This document shows, in pieces, positions 29,266 through 40,519 of a DNA stretch of 59,659 nt. The notes below the pieces were generated by a model. It ran no database searches, was not told the DNA's origin, and saw only the letters and a program-made list of their open reading frames with translations. Location of the stretch: assembly GCA_025057415.1 (NCBI GenBank), contig JANWXI010000003.1:1-59659 (forward strand). Reading direction: 5' to 3'. Within the stretch, counting starts at the first letter, position 1. Every line of letters begins with the position of its first letter. Made by a program: the position numbers and the translations under genes. This DNA is from Chitinophagales bacterium. GTDB taxonomy: Bacteria; Bacteroidota; Bacteroidia; Chitinophagales; LD1.

Positions 29266-32200
29266 CTCAGTAGCGTAACATTTCCTTTCTTGAAAAATTT
29301 TTCCGCGTTGGGGCATTCTCCCTCGGCATAATATCCGAACACTGCCGGGTCTAATTTACTGCCCCGGAAGGTGCCGTCCCAACCCTTGTTTATGTCGCGG
29401 GTTTCAAACATCATCTGCCCCCATCGGTCATACACGGCAAAGTAGAGCTTAAAGAGGTTGTTGCCGCGTACATATAACACATCGTTCTTACCATCGCCAT
29501 TGGGGGTGAAAGCGTTGGGAATATAGATGTTTGCATCCACACAGGGGCGTTTTATCACATATACGATCACCGTATCGCGTTTTTTGCAGCCAAAGCTATC
29601 CGTAACCTCTACAAGGTACGGGCGCGTTGCTGGCGGGTATGCGAGGGGATTGGGTATATTGGTTGCACTAAGCGTTGAGTCGTATGTCCAGGCAATGGAG
29701 ACAACACCGTTGCTGAGCGTGAGATTCAGTTGGGTAGTATCACCCGGGTATATCGTATCAGGTTGCGCGTATGCACTTACGCCGGGCAACGCAGAAGTTA
29801 CCGTAACCTGTATGGAATCAACAAACGTACATCCAAGCTGATTGGTAACGGTAACTGTATAAGTGGTATTTTGCGAAGGGCTTACTAAAGGAGTAGCCGT
29901 GTTTGCACCGGTGATAATTTCTGAGGCAGGTTGCCAGCTATATGTGAGCTGTTGCCCCGGCTGAGAGTTGGTAACGGTGAGTTGCAGCGTATCGCGCGGG
30001 CAGAGCACATTGTTGCCGGTGAGTGTGAGCGCATCGGTGAATACAATTACTTTTTGTGTTACGGAGTCAACACACACTCCGTTGGAAACGTACAGGGTGT
30101 AGGTGGTTGTTTCCTGAGGGGTGGCATAAGGGTTAGAGATGTTCGGGTTACTGAGTGTTGCAGCCGGAGTCCACTGGTATGTGATGGTAGTGTCGCTGCC
30201 GGGCGGTATGCCGATTTGTACGGTTTGTGCACTGCAAATAGTTATATCGGGTAATTGTGATGGGGCGCTGCCGCCCAGTACGAGTATCTTTTTTACGACT
30301 GTATCACTGCCGTTGCAACTGGTGGGGTCACTGGCGATTAAAGTAACATCATACAGGCCGGGTTGAGTGTATATATGTGTAGGATTCACCAGTACAGAGG
30401 TGGCGCCATCGCCAAAAAACCATTGGTAATCAAGCGCTCCCGTTCCCGTGGTTTGATTGGTGAATGAAACCGGAATGTTCACACACGCATTGGGTGCGGT
30501 AAAATCCGCCAGGCATAGGGGTAAGTCCAAATCAAACTTAAATACCGCGTTGTTACAATTGCTGGAATTATTGGTGTTTGAAACCACTCCGGGGGTAGTG
30601 GGAAAATCATCGTTGCCGCCACATCCGGCGCAAACGCTTTGATATACGATACCTTTGCGGTCGAAGCGGCTGGTGCCGCCATCCACGTGCTCCTCGCTGA
30701 TATTGCCCCCCATAAATGTGGCATATATCAGTTGTGATGCATCATCCCGCAACACCATCAGATAAAAGTCGCGCCCGTCGGTGGTAGGTTTAAAGGCGTT
30801 AGGCGTTACATCTAAACCGCTGGTGCCGCCCGAGCCGCCTACAAAGTTGTTTACACTCTGGCTGCCCCAGCCGCAGGCATAAACACTGTTGCACACGTCC
30901 ACCAAAAAGGCAGTAGGAGAAATATCCGTAACGCCTAAGCCGCGACCAAACGAAGTGCTCCATATAATAGAGTCCAGTTGGGGCATAAATTTGGTAATGA
31001 ACTGCCCCCCATTGGGTTTGTTGTATGATGCATTGAAGATGTAATTGGTACCGGAGTTATCGGCTTGTCCGAACACAAAAACGTTACTGCCTCTGTCTAA
31101 CTCTACAAAATATATCTGGTCGTAATCACCATAACCGTAATATGTTGAACGCAGTAACGTGTGGCCGTTTTTATGAATATGTGCAACAAAACCATCGGTT
31201 TCGCCCCCGCCGTAAGCTACCTGGTATGTGTTACCCGTTATGGGAAAATCTGTGGAGCGGGTGCCGCCGGCAACATACAGGTTGTCCTCGGCATCAATGG
31301 CTACGCTGTATGAGGCATCATCTTCGCTGCCGCCCATCGTAACACACCAGATTAAAGTAGTAAGGTCAGCATCAAACTTAAAGATACAGGCGTCTAATCC
31401 CCCGCCAAAGGCGCTTTGAAAAACACCCGGGGTGCGCGGAAAATCGGCTGAGCGCGTACAGGAAGCGACATATACATTATTGTTTTTATCAATATCAATT
31501 TCTCCGCGAACTTCATCGGCATAGTTGTGCCGGGTAAAACCCGGCGTAGAGTACGATTGTCCGGCGCGATAATTCAGCCCATCGTTATCGGTGCCGCCTA
31601 TGTATGTAGAAGCCAATAGTTGGGTGCCGTCTGCACTGAAACGCGATATGATGATATCGCTGCCATTGCGATAGTGCGCAGCTATTCCGTCAAACACTCC
31701 GGGGTCGTTACCGCCGTTGTAACTCGTATCATACGCTGTGGCAGTAACCGGAAAATCGCTGCAACTCGTAGTGCCAAGCACGTAGAGTTCATCGTTGGCA
31801 TTTACCACTAAACTGTGCGGCAGGTCCTGACCATATCCGCCCAGGTAAGTGGAGTAAATTCTCTGCGTTCCGTCTGCAGAATACTTAGTGATACCGATAT
31901 CATCACCGGGGTATGTGCCGCCGCTGGTAAAAGTTATGGTGGGCCCGCCCACGTAGTTCATTTGGTAAGCACCGATGGTAACAGGGTAGCCCACTCCAAA
32001 AACAGAACCGGCGCCGTATGCATTTCCCTTGCTGTCGTACGTAGCGGAATAGCCGAAATTATCGGCTGTGGAGCCGCTATAGGTAGAAAAAATGAGTGTA
32101 GGGTCAATATATAAGGTATCGCTGCGGCTGTATCCATCCGGAAACTCAAACGACAACACATTACCGCGTAAAACAAACCGGCAAGGCACCTCGCGTATTT

Positions 32201-32846
32201 TACCATGCGCGTATTGATGCGCCACGGGTTTGGTATCCATTATATCGCCTACGGAAGTTTGAATAATGAGGTTTCCTTCTTCTAAACGAAGAGACGATGC
32301 CCCCTCTATACGCAGTTGAATTTTTTGTGCATCACCACCGGGAGCTACGGCATAAACGTATTTCAGTTGACCGTTTTCAAATGATGCCATGAAACTTATC
32401 CGGTCGTAAAGGTTTGCTGTGGCTACCTCGCGGTAACCTTTTACACCTGCAGCCCAGCGGCCAGGGTCATTACCAATAAAGTAATTAAAATACTCTTTGA
32501 TGGGCTTGGCAGCTTGTGAGAAAGAATTTGTGTTGGCATGCAAAAATGTAAGGCGCAGCGCGTGAAAACGAATTGTGTAATCAATCTGCGGTTGAAAAGT
32601 CGTGAGCCGGTGATGATCGCCTTTTATACGCAAAATATCACGTACATCAAAAAGATTGAGAGTTATCTGGTTTTTTTCATAAAACAAGGCGCCGTTCTTC
32701 AACTCTGCTTTGTAAAGTATGTGCTTTTCCCACTGCCCTTTGTTTTCCCGGAAAACCGCACCACTGCCGTGAGCATAGCACACAAACGGCATCAACATAA
32801 CACCAAACGCTATACTTACGAATGATGCAATGCAGCCCGCCTTCAT
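29262..32846 (-). CDS. SBBP-like/PKD surface protein with T9SS type B CTD
   Basis: FRENKGQW N-terminal domain, STYxGG repeats, PKD WFFGDG, CTD IPNAFTPNGDGKND..VYDRWG..GWDG..KGNVTLLR. Confidence 0.88.
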   Translation of the reverse strand: MKAGCIASFVSIAFGVMLMPFVCYAHGSGAVFRENKGQWEKHILYKAELKNGALFYEKNQITLNLFDVRDILRIKGDHHRLTTFQPQIDYTIRFHALRLTFLHANTNSFSQAAKPIKEYFNYFIGNDPGRWAAGVKGYREVATANLYDRISFMASFENGQLKYVYAVAPGGDAQKIQLRIEGASSLRLEEGNLIIQTSVGDIMDTKPVAHQYAHGKIREVPCRFVLRGNVLSFEFPDGYSRSDTLYIDPTLIFSTYSGSTADNFGYSATYDSKGNAYGAGSVFGVGYPVTIGAYQMNYVGGPTITFTSGGTYPGDDIGITKYSADGTQRIYSTYLGGYGQDLPHSLVVNANDELYVLGTTSCSDFPVTATAYDTSYNGGNDPGVFDGIAAHYRNGSDIIISRFSADGTQLLASTYIGGTDNDGLNYRAGQSYSTPGFTRHNYADEVRGEIDIDKNNNVYVASCTRSADFPRTPGVFQSAFGGGLDACIFKFDADLTTLIWCVTMGGSEDDASYSVAIDAEDNLYVAGGTRSTDFPITGNTYQVAYGGGETDGFVAHIHKNGHTLLRSTYYGYGDYDQIYFVELDRGSNVFVFGQADNSGTNYIFNASYNKPNGGQFITKFMPQLDSIIWSTSFGRGLGVTDISPTAFLVDVCNSVYACGWGSQSVNNFVGGSGGTSGLDVTPNAFKPTTDGRDFYLMVLRDDASQLIYATFMGGNISEEHVDGGTSRFDRKGIVYQSVCAGCGGNDDFPTTPGVVSNTNNSSNCNNAVFKFDLDLPLCLADFTAPNACVNIPVSFTNQTTGTGALDYQWFFGDGATSVLVNPTHIYTQPGLYDVTLIASDPTSCNGSDTVVKKILVLGGSAPSQLPDITICSAQTVQIGIPPGSDTTITYQWTPAATLSNPNISNPYATPQETTTYTLYVSNGVCVDSVTQKVIVFTDALTLTGNNVLCPRDTLQLTVTNSQPGQQLTYSWQPASEIITGANTATPLVSPSQNTTYTVTVTNQLGCTFVDSIQVTVTSALPGVSAYAQPDTIYPGDTTQLNLTLSNGVVSIAWTYDSTLSATNIPNPLAYPPATRPYLVEVTDSFGCKKRDTVIVYVIKRPCVDANIYIPNAFTPNGDGKNDVLYVRGNNLFKLYFAVYDRWGQMMFETRDINKGWDGTFRGSKLDPAVFGYYAEGECPNAEKFFKKGNVTLLR

Positions 32847-33068
32847 GTTGCCAAAATAATATAAATATGAAGAAAAAGAGTTTGTGATGTATTTACACAA
32901 ACCTAGATAGCTTACGTGTTACCGGCCATTGCTGCAAAGTTTTCATCAAAATGATTTGTTCTATATTGAAACAGAGCGTTTGTAAAGACATAAATATTCC
33001 ATAACATTTCAAATATTCTCCGCAATGTAACTTACAGGGGTAGTTTACTAAGGTATCGTATCTAAAAA

Positions 33069-33076
33069 TATATTTG
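33069..33076 (+). promoter_or_regulatory. Bacteroidota -7 promoter element (TATATTTG) upstream of mfd
   Basis: Exact TAnnTTTG, ~170 nt before the mfd ATG. Confidence 0.55.
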
Positions 33077-33247
33077 CCGCGCTTTTGTTTCCCTGCACAC
33101 GCGGCGTGTGTGGGGTAGTTTTATTTGTAAAACTATGCCTCTGTGCTGTGAAATTCCACATAACACCGAACATGTAATGCACAGAGCGGCACAGCACGGC
33201 TGCTGCATTATTACCGGAGATTTAATTACCCTATTTCAACTGTAACT

Positions 33248-36200
33248 ATGAACCTCGCTGCAGAAAAAAATGACCGTAACGATGCAATACTCACAGAAGA
33301 TTTCGTCAGCATCTATCGCGATAGCGATACAGTGAAGGAAATCATCTCTCTGCTGAACGATAAACACGATGTACATCTGAAAGGTCTCATTGGTTCTCAG
33401 CGGGCTTGTGTAGCTGCAGGGGTTGTTTTACAAACCGCCTGCCATCACATGTTCATTTTGAGCGACAAAGAGGAAGCTGCCTACTTCCAGAATGATTTGA
33501 AAAATCTGCTTAGCGGCAAAGAAGTGTTGTTTTATCCCGACACTTACAAACGCCCTCTGGAGTTCGGCACGGTACAGCACCACCAGGTTTTGATGCGCAC
33601 CGAGGTGATAAGCCGGTTGCAGCAAACCGGGTCATCGGGCGAAGTGATTGTCACATACCCCGAGGCGCTGACTGAAAGAGTAGTGAAAGCCGAAGCGCTG
33701 CGCGCCCAAACCCTGCGCCTGCGGGTAAATGAGAAGGCCGATTTGGATTTTATGATTGACCTGTTGGTTGAGTTTTCATTTGAGCGTGTTGACTTTGTGT
33801 ATGAACCCGGGCAGTTCAGCATTCGCGGTGATATAATTGACATCTACTCTTACGGCCATGAGTACCCGTATCGCATTGAGTTGTTTGGAAAAGACGTAGA
33901 GAGCATCCGCACATTTGACCCGCTTACGCAGCTTAGCCGGCAACGCTTAATGGAAGTGAGCATTGTACCGAACATACAATCGCACTTTGGTGATGACAGC
34001 AAAACCGTTGTAACTGACATACTACCCCCCGATACCTGCGTATGGATTTACGATGCAGAGGCGCTTGCCTCGGTATTTGACAAAGCGCTGCAGGCGGCAG
34101 CCCGCATACAGCCCGAAATCAGGCGACATGCCCCCGAATATCCGCGCCACCCCTTATTGGAAGAAGATGCAGAGAAAGTATTTGCTGATAAAGAAACGTT
34201 CTTTGCCGGACTATCGCGTTTCCCTGTAATCGGTTTTGGCAGCAAAGCCGCCAGAGAACCTTGCCGGCAGGTATTATACAAAGCTTCTCCACAACCCTCG
34301 TTCAATAAGAATTTTGACTTGCTGATACGCGACTTGCAAGAGCGTACCGAAACGGGCTATCGAAATTTTATTTTTTCAGAAAACGAAAACCAGATACAGC
34401 GTTTTCGCACCATCTTTCATGAGCTGAAAGCCGATGTGCAATTTTCACCGGTATATGCCGGTATGCACGAAGGATTTATTGACCATACCCTGAAACTTTG
34501 TTGCTACACCGACCATCAGATCTTTAACCGTTACCACCGCTATCAGCTTCGCCAGGGGTTTAATCAGGATAAAGCCCTGCTGATAAAAACGCTGCGCGAA
34601 TTGCGACCGGGCGATTATGTTACGCACATCGATCACGGCGTAGGGGTTTTCAGCGGTTTGGAAAAAATTGAAGTGGGCGGGCAAATTCAGGAGGCGGTAC
34701 GGCTGGTGTACGCCGGCAACGATATATTATATGTAGGCATTCAGTCGCTGCATAAAATTTCTAAGTACGTAGGTAAAGAAGGCGAAACGCCGCGTGTGCA
34801 CAAACTCGGCAGCGATACCTGGAGCAACCTGAAGCGCAAAACCAAAAAACGCATCAAAGAGCTTGCCTTTGACCTGATACAATTATATGCTAAGCGCAAG
34901 GCATCGAGGGGCTACCAGTTCTCGGCTGATAGTTATTTACAAGACGAGCTGGAAGCATCATTCATGTATGAAGATACACCCGACCAGGCCAAAGCCACAC
35001 AAGAAGTTAAGCGCGACATGGAAGCGCCTTACCCGATGGATCGCCTGATATGCGGTGATGTGGGCTTCGGCAAAACCGAGATAGCCATACGCGCCGCTTT
35101 CAAAGCCGCTTGCGACGGCAAGCAGGTAGCTGTACTGGCTCCCACCACCATATTGGTGATGCAACATGCGCGTACTTTCAAAGAACGGCTCGCGGGTTTT
35201 CCGGTTACGGTAGAGCATCTCAACCGTTTCCGTACCGCCAAAGAGAGAAAGGAAATCCTGCAGAAAACCGAAGCCGGTAAAGTGGACATCCTCATCGGCA
35301 CGCATGCACTGCTCAATAAGAACGTAAAATTCAAAGACCTGGGTCTGCTCATCATTGACGAAGAACAAAAGTTTGGCGTAGCCGCTAAAGAAACTCTCAA
35401 AACCCTGCGTGCCAACATAGATACCCTCACGCTCACCGCCACACCCATTCCGCGCACACTCTCCTTTTCGCTCATGGGCGCCCGCGACCTTAGCATCATT
35501 CAAACCCCGCCTCCCAACAGGCGCCCTATCACTACCGAAGTGCACACCCCCGACCCGGAAATTATTAAAGAAGCCATACTGTATGAAGTGCATCGCGGCG
35601 GGCAAGTGTTTTTTGTGCACAACCGCGTGCGCGATATAAGCGAAGTAAAAGAGATGCTCACCAAACTTCTCCCAAACGTTTCTATTGCCGTAGCGCACGG
35701 GCAAATGCCGGGCGAAACGCTGGAAGACATCATTACGCGTTTCATCAACCGCGAGTACGATGTGCTGCTTTGCACCAACATCATCGAAAATGGTATTGAT
35801 ATCCCCAATGCCAACACTATCATCGTCAATCAGGCACACCAGTTTGGCTTGAGCGACCTGCACCAGTTGCGGGGGCGCGTGGGGCGCAGCGACCGCAACG
35901 CATTCTGTTACTTGCTGGCGCCTCCGCTTCATCAACTATCCAACGAGGCGCGTCAGCGGCTGAAAACCATCGAAGAATTTGCAGACCTCGGCAGCGGGTT
36001 CAATATCGCACTGCGCGATTTAGACATTCGCGGAGCCGGTAACCTGCTGGGGGCAGAGCAGAGCGGTTTTATTGCCGAAATCGGCTATGATACATACCAG
36101 AAAATTCTTGACGAAGCCATCCGCGAATTAAAAGAAAGCGAGTTCAGGGACTTGTATCGCGATGAACTGGAAAAAACACACGACTTCGTAAACGACTGCG

Positions 36201-36652
36201 CTATAGAAACTGACCTGGAAATGCACATTCCCAGCGACTACGTGAGCAGCACCACCGAGCGCATGCTCCTGTACCGCGAGCTGAACGACATCCGTGATGA
36301 AGAAGGCCTGCGCCGCTTTGAAGAGCAACTGCGCGACCGCTTTGGCGATGTGCCTCAGCCGGTGTATGAGCTGTTTGATGCCATGCGGCTCAAATGGAAA
36401 GCCACCCGCCTGGGAATGGAGCAAATTATATTAAAGAAAAACTCCATGCGTTGTTATTTTGTTTCCAACAAGGAATCCGCTTTTTATCATTCTTCTGTAT
36501 TCGATAAAATTTTACAATACGTTCAGCAGCACCGCACGGGCGTGTTTTTGCGCGAAACCGAAAAATACCTTGTGCTCACCTGGGAGCACGTCACCTCTAT
36601 GCACGAAGCCGGGCAGAAACTAAATGAATTGGCATCGTTTGTTTCCACGTAA
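33248..36652 (+). CDS. mfd: Transcription-repair coupling factor Mfd
   Basis: UvrB-like N-terminus, RID (GDYVTHIDHGVG), CGDVGFGKTE, DEEQKFGV, TATPIPR, QLRGRVGR, TRG motif DLDIRGAGNLLG. Confidence 0.96.
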   Translation: MNLAAEKNDRNDAILTEDFVSIYRDSDTVKEIISLLNDKHDVHLKGLIGSQRACVAAGVVLQTACHHMFILSDKEEAAYFQNDLKNLLSGKEVLFYPDTYKRPLEFGTVQHHQVLMRTEVISRLQQTGSSGEVIVTYPEALTERVVKAEALRAQTLRLRVNEKADLDFMIDLLVEFSFERVDFVYEPGQFSIRGDIIDIYSYGHEYPYRIELFGKDVESIRTFDPLTQLSRQRLMEVSIVPNIQSHFGDDSKTVVTDILPPDTCVWIYDAEALASVFDKALQAAARIQPEIRRHAPEYPRHPLLEEDAEKVFADKETFFAGLSRFPVIGFGSKAAREPCRQVLYKASPQPSFNKNFDLLIRDLQERTETGYRNFIFSENENQIQRFRTIFHELKADVQFSPVYAGMHEGFIDHTLKLCCYTDHQIFNRYHRYQLRQGFNQDKALLIKTLRELRPGDYVTHIDHGVGVFSGLEKIEVGGQIQEAVRLVYAGNDILYVGIQSLHKISKYVGKEGETPRVHKLGSDTWSNLKRKTKKRIKELAFDLIQLYAKRKASRGYQFSADSYLQDELEASFMYEDTPDQAKATQEVKRDMEAPYPMDRLICGDVGFGKTEIAIRAAFKAACDGKQVAVLAPTTILVMQHARTFKERLAGFPVTVEHLNRFRTAKERKEILQKTEAGKVDILIGTHALLNKNVKFKDLGLLIIDEEQKFGVAAKETLKTLRANIDTLTLTATPIPRTLSFSLMGARDLSIIQTPPPNRRPITTEVHTPDPEIIKEAILYEVHRGGQVFFVHNRVRDISEVKEMLTKLLPNVSIAVAHGQMPGETLEDIITRFINREYDVLLCTNIIENGIDIPNANTIIVNQAHQFGLSDLHQLRGRVGRSDRNAFCYLLAPPLHQLSNEARQRLKTIEEFADLGSGFNIALRDLDIRGAGNLLGAEQSGFIAEIGYDTYQKILDEAIRELKESEFRDLYRDELEKTHDFVNDCAIETDLEMHIPSDYVSSTTERMLLYRELNDIRDEEGLRRFEEQLRDRFGDVPQPVYELFDAMRLKWKATRLGMEQIILKKNSMRCYFVSNKESAFYHSSVFDKILQYVQQHRTGVFLRETEKYLVLTWEHVTSMHEAGQKLNELASFVST

Positions 36653-36670
36653 TGCTCCGCTAAAGTACAA

Positions 36671-36691
36671 CTGCCCGCACAGGGCGGGCAG
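36671..36691. terminator. Hairpin between convergent mfd and uvrA (possible terminator)
   Basis: CTGCCCGC-ACAGG-GCGGGCAG, 18 nt after the mfd stop; lacks a clear U tract. Confidence 0.35.
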
Positions 36692-36904
36692 CCGTAATTG
36701 GGGTATGGCTAGCAATAAAACCTGCCCGCAAATATGAAAGCGCCAGCTGCTTCACTCAAAACCAAATGTGCCAATTTCTTACCGTTCCGCTAACACTATA
36801 CTACACACCAAATAGCTGTTTGTCACGAACATGCGGTGCGTGCCTCGCAACACATGCTGCTATGATAATCGCTGCGCGCTCATGAGGTGTCGCACGGGTA
36901 TGTT

Positions 36905-39805
36905 TCAACTTATACCCAATTCCTCGCGCAAAAAACGGGCGGTATGCCCCTCACCCCGCATGGCAACGGCCTCTGGCGTGCCGGTGGCTACTATAGTGCC
37001 TCCGCGGTGGCCACCCTCAGGACCTATGTCAATTATATAATCGCACACTTTAATCACATCCATATTATGCTCTATTACCAACACAGTGTTTCCTTTATCT
37101 ACCAGGCGGTTGAGCACACTGAGCAGTACACGAATGTCTTCAAAATGTAATCCTGTAGTTGGTTCATCCAGTATGTAAAAGGTTTTACCGGTATCGCGTT
37201 TAGATAACTCCGCTGCTAATTTAACGCGCTGCGCCTCGCCACCGCTCAGGGTAGTACTGCTTTGGCCCAGGCGAAGGTATCCGAGTCCCACATCGTACAG
37301 CGTCTGTAATTTCGGATAAACCGTTGGAATGTTTTCAAAAAATGTAAGCGCATCCTCTACCGTCATATCCAGCACATCGCTGATAGATTTTCCTTTGTAT
37401 CGCACCTCCAGTGTTTCGCGGTTGTAGCGCCTGCCGTTGCATTTTTCGCAGGTCACTTCCACATCGGGCAAAAAATTCATCTCTATCACCTTCATACCAC
37501 CGCCTCCGCACACCTCGCAGCGCCCACCTCTCACGTTAAACGAAAATCTGCCGGGCTGATACCCGCGAATCTTCGCTTCGGGCAAAGAAGCATACAGTCG
37601 TCTTATTTCATCAAACACTTTGATATAAGTTACCGGATTACTGCGCGGGGTACGACCAATGGGGCTTTGGTCTATGTCAATTACCTTATCAATGTGCGCT
37701 AGCCCCTCTATACTATCATAAGGTAGTGTTTTGTAACGTCCGTTGTAAATATGATTGTGAAGTATCGGGTAAAGTGTTTCGTTGATAAGCGAACTCTTAC
37801 CGCTACCAGATACGCCGGTCACCGCTACCAGGCAACCGAGCGGAATTTCTACCGTCACATTTTTCAGATTGTTGCCGCGGGCTCCGGTCAGGCGCAACCA
37901 CTTTCCGTTGCCCGTTCTGCGTTGTGCGGGTACTTCTATCTTCAGCCGGTTGGCAAGATAGTGTGCGGTGATACTATCGTGCTTCACAAATTCATCGGGT
38001 GTACCCGCAGCCACCACTTTCCCTCCGTGTTCTCCTGCCCGCGGACCTATGTCAATGATGTAATCACTCTCCAGCATAATTTCACGGTCGTGCTCCACCA
38101 CTATCACACTGTTTGAAGCAGCGGTGAGTTGCTTGAGAGCAGCTATCAATTTACGGTTATCCCGCTGATGCAACCCTATACTCGGCTCATCCAGTATATA
38201 CGTAATACCCGACAGTTGCGAACCGATTTGTGTAGCGAGACGTATGCGTTGGCTCTCACCGCCGCTTAGGGTTTTGGCGGGCCGGTCGAGCGCCAGATAA
38301 TCAAGCCCTACATCCAGTATGAAACCGATGCGCGCCCGTATTTCTTTCAGCAAATCTTTCGCAATGAGGTTTTGCTTGGGAGTGAGGCGGCTCTCTATAT
38401 CGCTGAACCATTCGTACAATTCTCCCATATCGAGCTGCGCCAGTTCGCTGATGTTCTTCCCGTCAATCTTAAACCACAAACTTTCTTTTTTAAGGCGGGT
38501 ACCTCCGCATGCCTTGCAGGGCCTGGCTTCCATATATCCCTCTGCCCAGGCGCGTATAGAGTCAGAAGATGTAATCCTGAAACACCGATGCAGCAATCCC
38601 ACCAGTCCGCCTTTTTGCAGCGTGTACCACCGCTCATCCCAGTCATCGGCATACAGGTCGTCCTCATCCGGTGGTTCACTCCCGTTTTCACCGTGCAGTA
38701 TGTATTGCAGCGCGTTTTTCGGAATTTTTCCTACCGGATCGTTTAAGCTAAAATGAAATTTTTTTGCAATATGAGCCAGCTCGCGGAAAATCGCGTTGTC
38801 GCGCGCTTCGCCAATGGGTAATATGCCGCCGCGGTTAATGGATACCTCCGGATCCGGCATGAGCGTTTCCGTATTCACACCATACGTAATGCCCAGTCCG
38901 TTGCACTGCGGGCATGCTCCGTATGGTGAATTAAACGAAAACGTATTGGGCGAGGGTTCCTCATAGCTGATTCCCGAATCCACACACATCAGGTGTTTGC
39001 TGAAACTGTGCACCTGATGGTTGTTTACATCCAGCAACTGAATAAGCCCTTTGCCCGCCTTCATTCCTTGCGATACAGCCGCGCGTATGCGCTCGCGCTC
39101 CTGTGCCTGCACCTCCAGCCGGTCAATTATCAACTCTATGTCGTGCACGGCATACCGGTCTAACTGCATGCGCGGTTTCACTTCTTCTATGCGACCATCT
39201 ATGCGTATTTTCAGATAACCCTGCTTGCGCACCTGCTCAAACAACTCGCGGTAGTGCCCCTTGCGCCCTCGCACTACCGGCGCCAGCACCATCACCTTTT
39301 GCCCGGCAAACTTCTCCAGCACCAGCTCCACAATCTGCTCCTCTGTAAACTTCACCATCTTTTTGCCGGTCACATACGAGTACGCCTCGCCCGCGCGAGC
39401 AAAAAGCAGGCGCAGAAAATCGTAAATCTCCGTCACCGTACCCACCGTACTTCGCGGGTTTCGGTTCACCGATTTCTGCTCTATAGAAATCACCGGTGAA
39501 AGACCGTTAATCTTATCCACATCGGGGCGCTCAAATCCGCCTATAAACTGACGCGCGTATGCCGAAAACGTCTCTAAATACCTGCGCTGCCCCTCATTGT
39601 AAATCGTATCAAATGCAAGCGATGATTTACCGCTGCCCGAAATTCCCGTAATCACCACCAGTCGGTTGCGGGGTATTCGCACATCAATATTCTTCAGATT
39701 GTGTACTCGCGCCCCATACACCTCAATGCACTCCGGCTCTACCGCCTCATGGGCAACTTCCGCTGTCTCCGTAATCGCACTTTTATCCTTGCGCGGCATT
39801 TTCAA
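36905..39805 (-). CDS. uvrA: Excinuclease ABC subunit A
   Basis: Two ABC modules ([23 protein letters not shown]), zinc fingers and GARVHNLKN. Start is TTG 39805 or ATG 39799. Confidence 0.97.
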   Translation of the reverse strand: MKMPRKDKSAITETAEVAHEAVEPECIEVYGARVHNLKNIDVRIPRNRLVVITGISGSGKSSLAFDTIYNEGQRRYLETFSAYARQFIGGFERPDVDKINGLSPVISIEQKSVNRNPRSTVGTVTEIYDFLRLLFARAGEAYSYVTGKKMVKFTEEQIVELVLEKFAGQKVMVLAPVVRGRKGHYRELFEQVRKQGYLKIRIDGRIEEVKPRMQLDRYAVHDIELIIDRLEVQAQERERIRAAVSQGMKAGKGLIQLLDVNNHQVHSFSKHLMCVDSGISYEEPSPNTFSFNSPYGACPQCNGLGITYGVNTETLMPDPEVSINRGGILPIGEARDNAIFRELAHIAKKFHFSLNDPVGKIPKNALQYILHGENGSEPPDEDDLYADDWDERWYTLQKGGLVGLLHRCFRITSSDSIRAWAEGYMEARPCKACGGTRLKKESLWFKIDGKNISELAQLDMGELYEWFSDIESRLTPKQNLIAKDLLKEIRARIGFILDVGLDYLALDRPAKTLSGGESQRIRLATQIGSQLSGITYILDEPSIGLHQRDNRKLIAALKQLTAASNSVIVVEHDREIMLESDYIIDIGPRAGEHGGKVVAAGTPDEFVKHDSITAHYLANRLKIEVPAQRRTGNGKWLRLTGARGNNLKNVTVEIPLGCLVAVTGVSGSGKSSLINETLYPILHNHIYNGRYKTLPYDSIEGLAHIDKVIDIDQSPIGRTPRSNPVTYIKVFDEIRRLYASLPEAKIRGYQPGRFSFNVRGGRCEVCGGGGMKVIEMNFLPDVEVTCEKCNGRRYNRETLEVRYKGKSISDVLDMTVEDALTFFENIPTVYPKLQTLYDVGLGYLRLGQSSTTLSGGEAQRVKLAAELSKRDTGKTFYILDEPTTGLHFEDIRVLLSVLNRLVDKGNTVLVIEHNMDVIKVCDYIIDIGPEGGHRGGTIVATGTPEAVAMRGEGHTARFLREELGIS

Positions 39806-39924
39806 ATCAAGCGGGTGAAGCTAAAAAACGATTACTACACAAAAAATGTTTACCGGTTAACGTTCCATGCAAAACTCAAAACAACTTCCTCGTGCATCTG
39901 CAAAAATTTTCAGAATGTTTTTTT

Positions 39925-40064
39925 GGGGGTGCCCCCAGCCGCGCAGCGCTCGTACCTCACGCCGCGCGGCTGGGGTCGGGCTTGTTTCGGGGTACGCTTC
40001 GCTCCCGTGCTCCACTGCGTTACGCACCGCTCACTCCGTTCGCGCCCTGCACATCCCTCACCCG
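39925..40064 (+). repeat. Structured dispersed repeat, copy 4
   Basis: GGGGGTGC-CCCCAGCCGCGCAGCG-CTCGTACCTCA-CGCCGCGCGGCTGGGG-TCGGGCT...CATCCCTCACCCG. Confidence 0.88.
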
Positions 40065-40135
40065 GCTGGCAGCCCGGTACGCACCGGGGCAACTTTTCAT
40101 TTACCTATCTGCGTTATGCACCAGTCCACATACTT

Positions 40136-40162
40136 CGCGCCCCTGCCTGGGGCAGGGGCGCG
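40136..40162. repeat. GC-rich accessory hairpin next to repeat copy 4
   Basis: CGCGCCCCTGCC-TGG-GGCAGGGGCGCG, a perfect 12-bp stem. Confidence 0.75.
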
Positions 40163-40519
40163 GAATAACCCCATACTACAGAAAACCGGCTCTCACACAC
40201 ATTAGCTACAAACCAATCACACAAACGATACACCATGCATTCGTAGGACTACATGCGTAAACCAACCGCTACTAACAGCACAAACTAAAATTGTATTACG
40301 CAACCAAATCTTCTTCATCTCATCCCCTCGCGCTCCCACACATCAGCGCAATTCAGCTATGCCCTACTATACAGAATCTACTGCGCAACTTTGCGCTACA
40401 TAAGTTTCATACATCTAAACGCTCCCTTGCAAGACATCTTTCTTCAGTAAATTGATAAAACATGCTATCGCATCAACCTACGAAATCTTTCAGCATCTCA
40501 CGTTTTTCCTTCTGATTTT

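Noticed and set aside
34958-35935. 325-aa minus-strand ORF
   Set aside because: Entirely antisense to the mfd helicase domain; a codon-bias shadow.
33248-39805. mfd and uvrA adjacency as a repair operon
   Set aside because: The genes are convergent with separate promoters; adjacency may be incidental.
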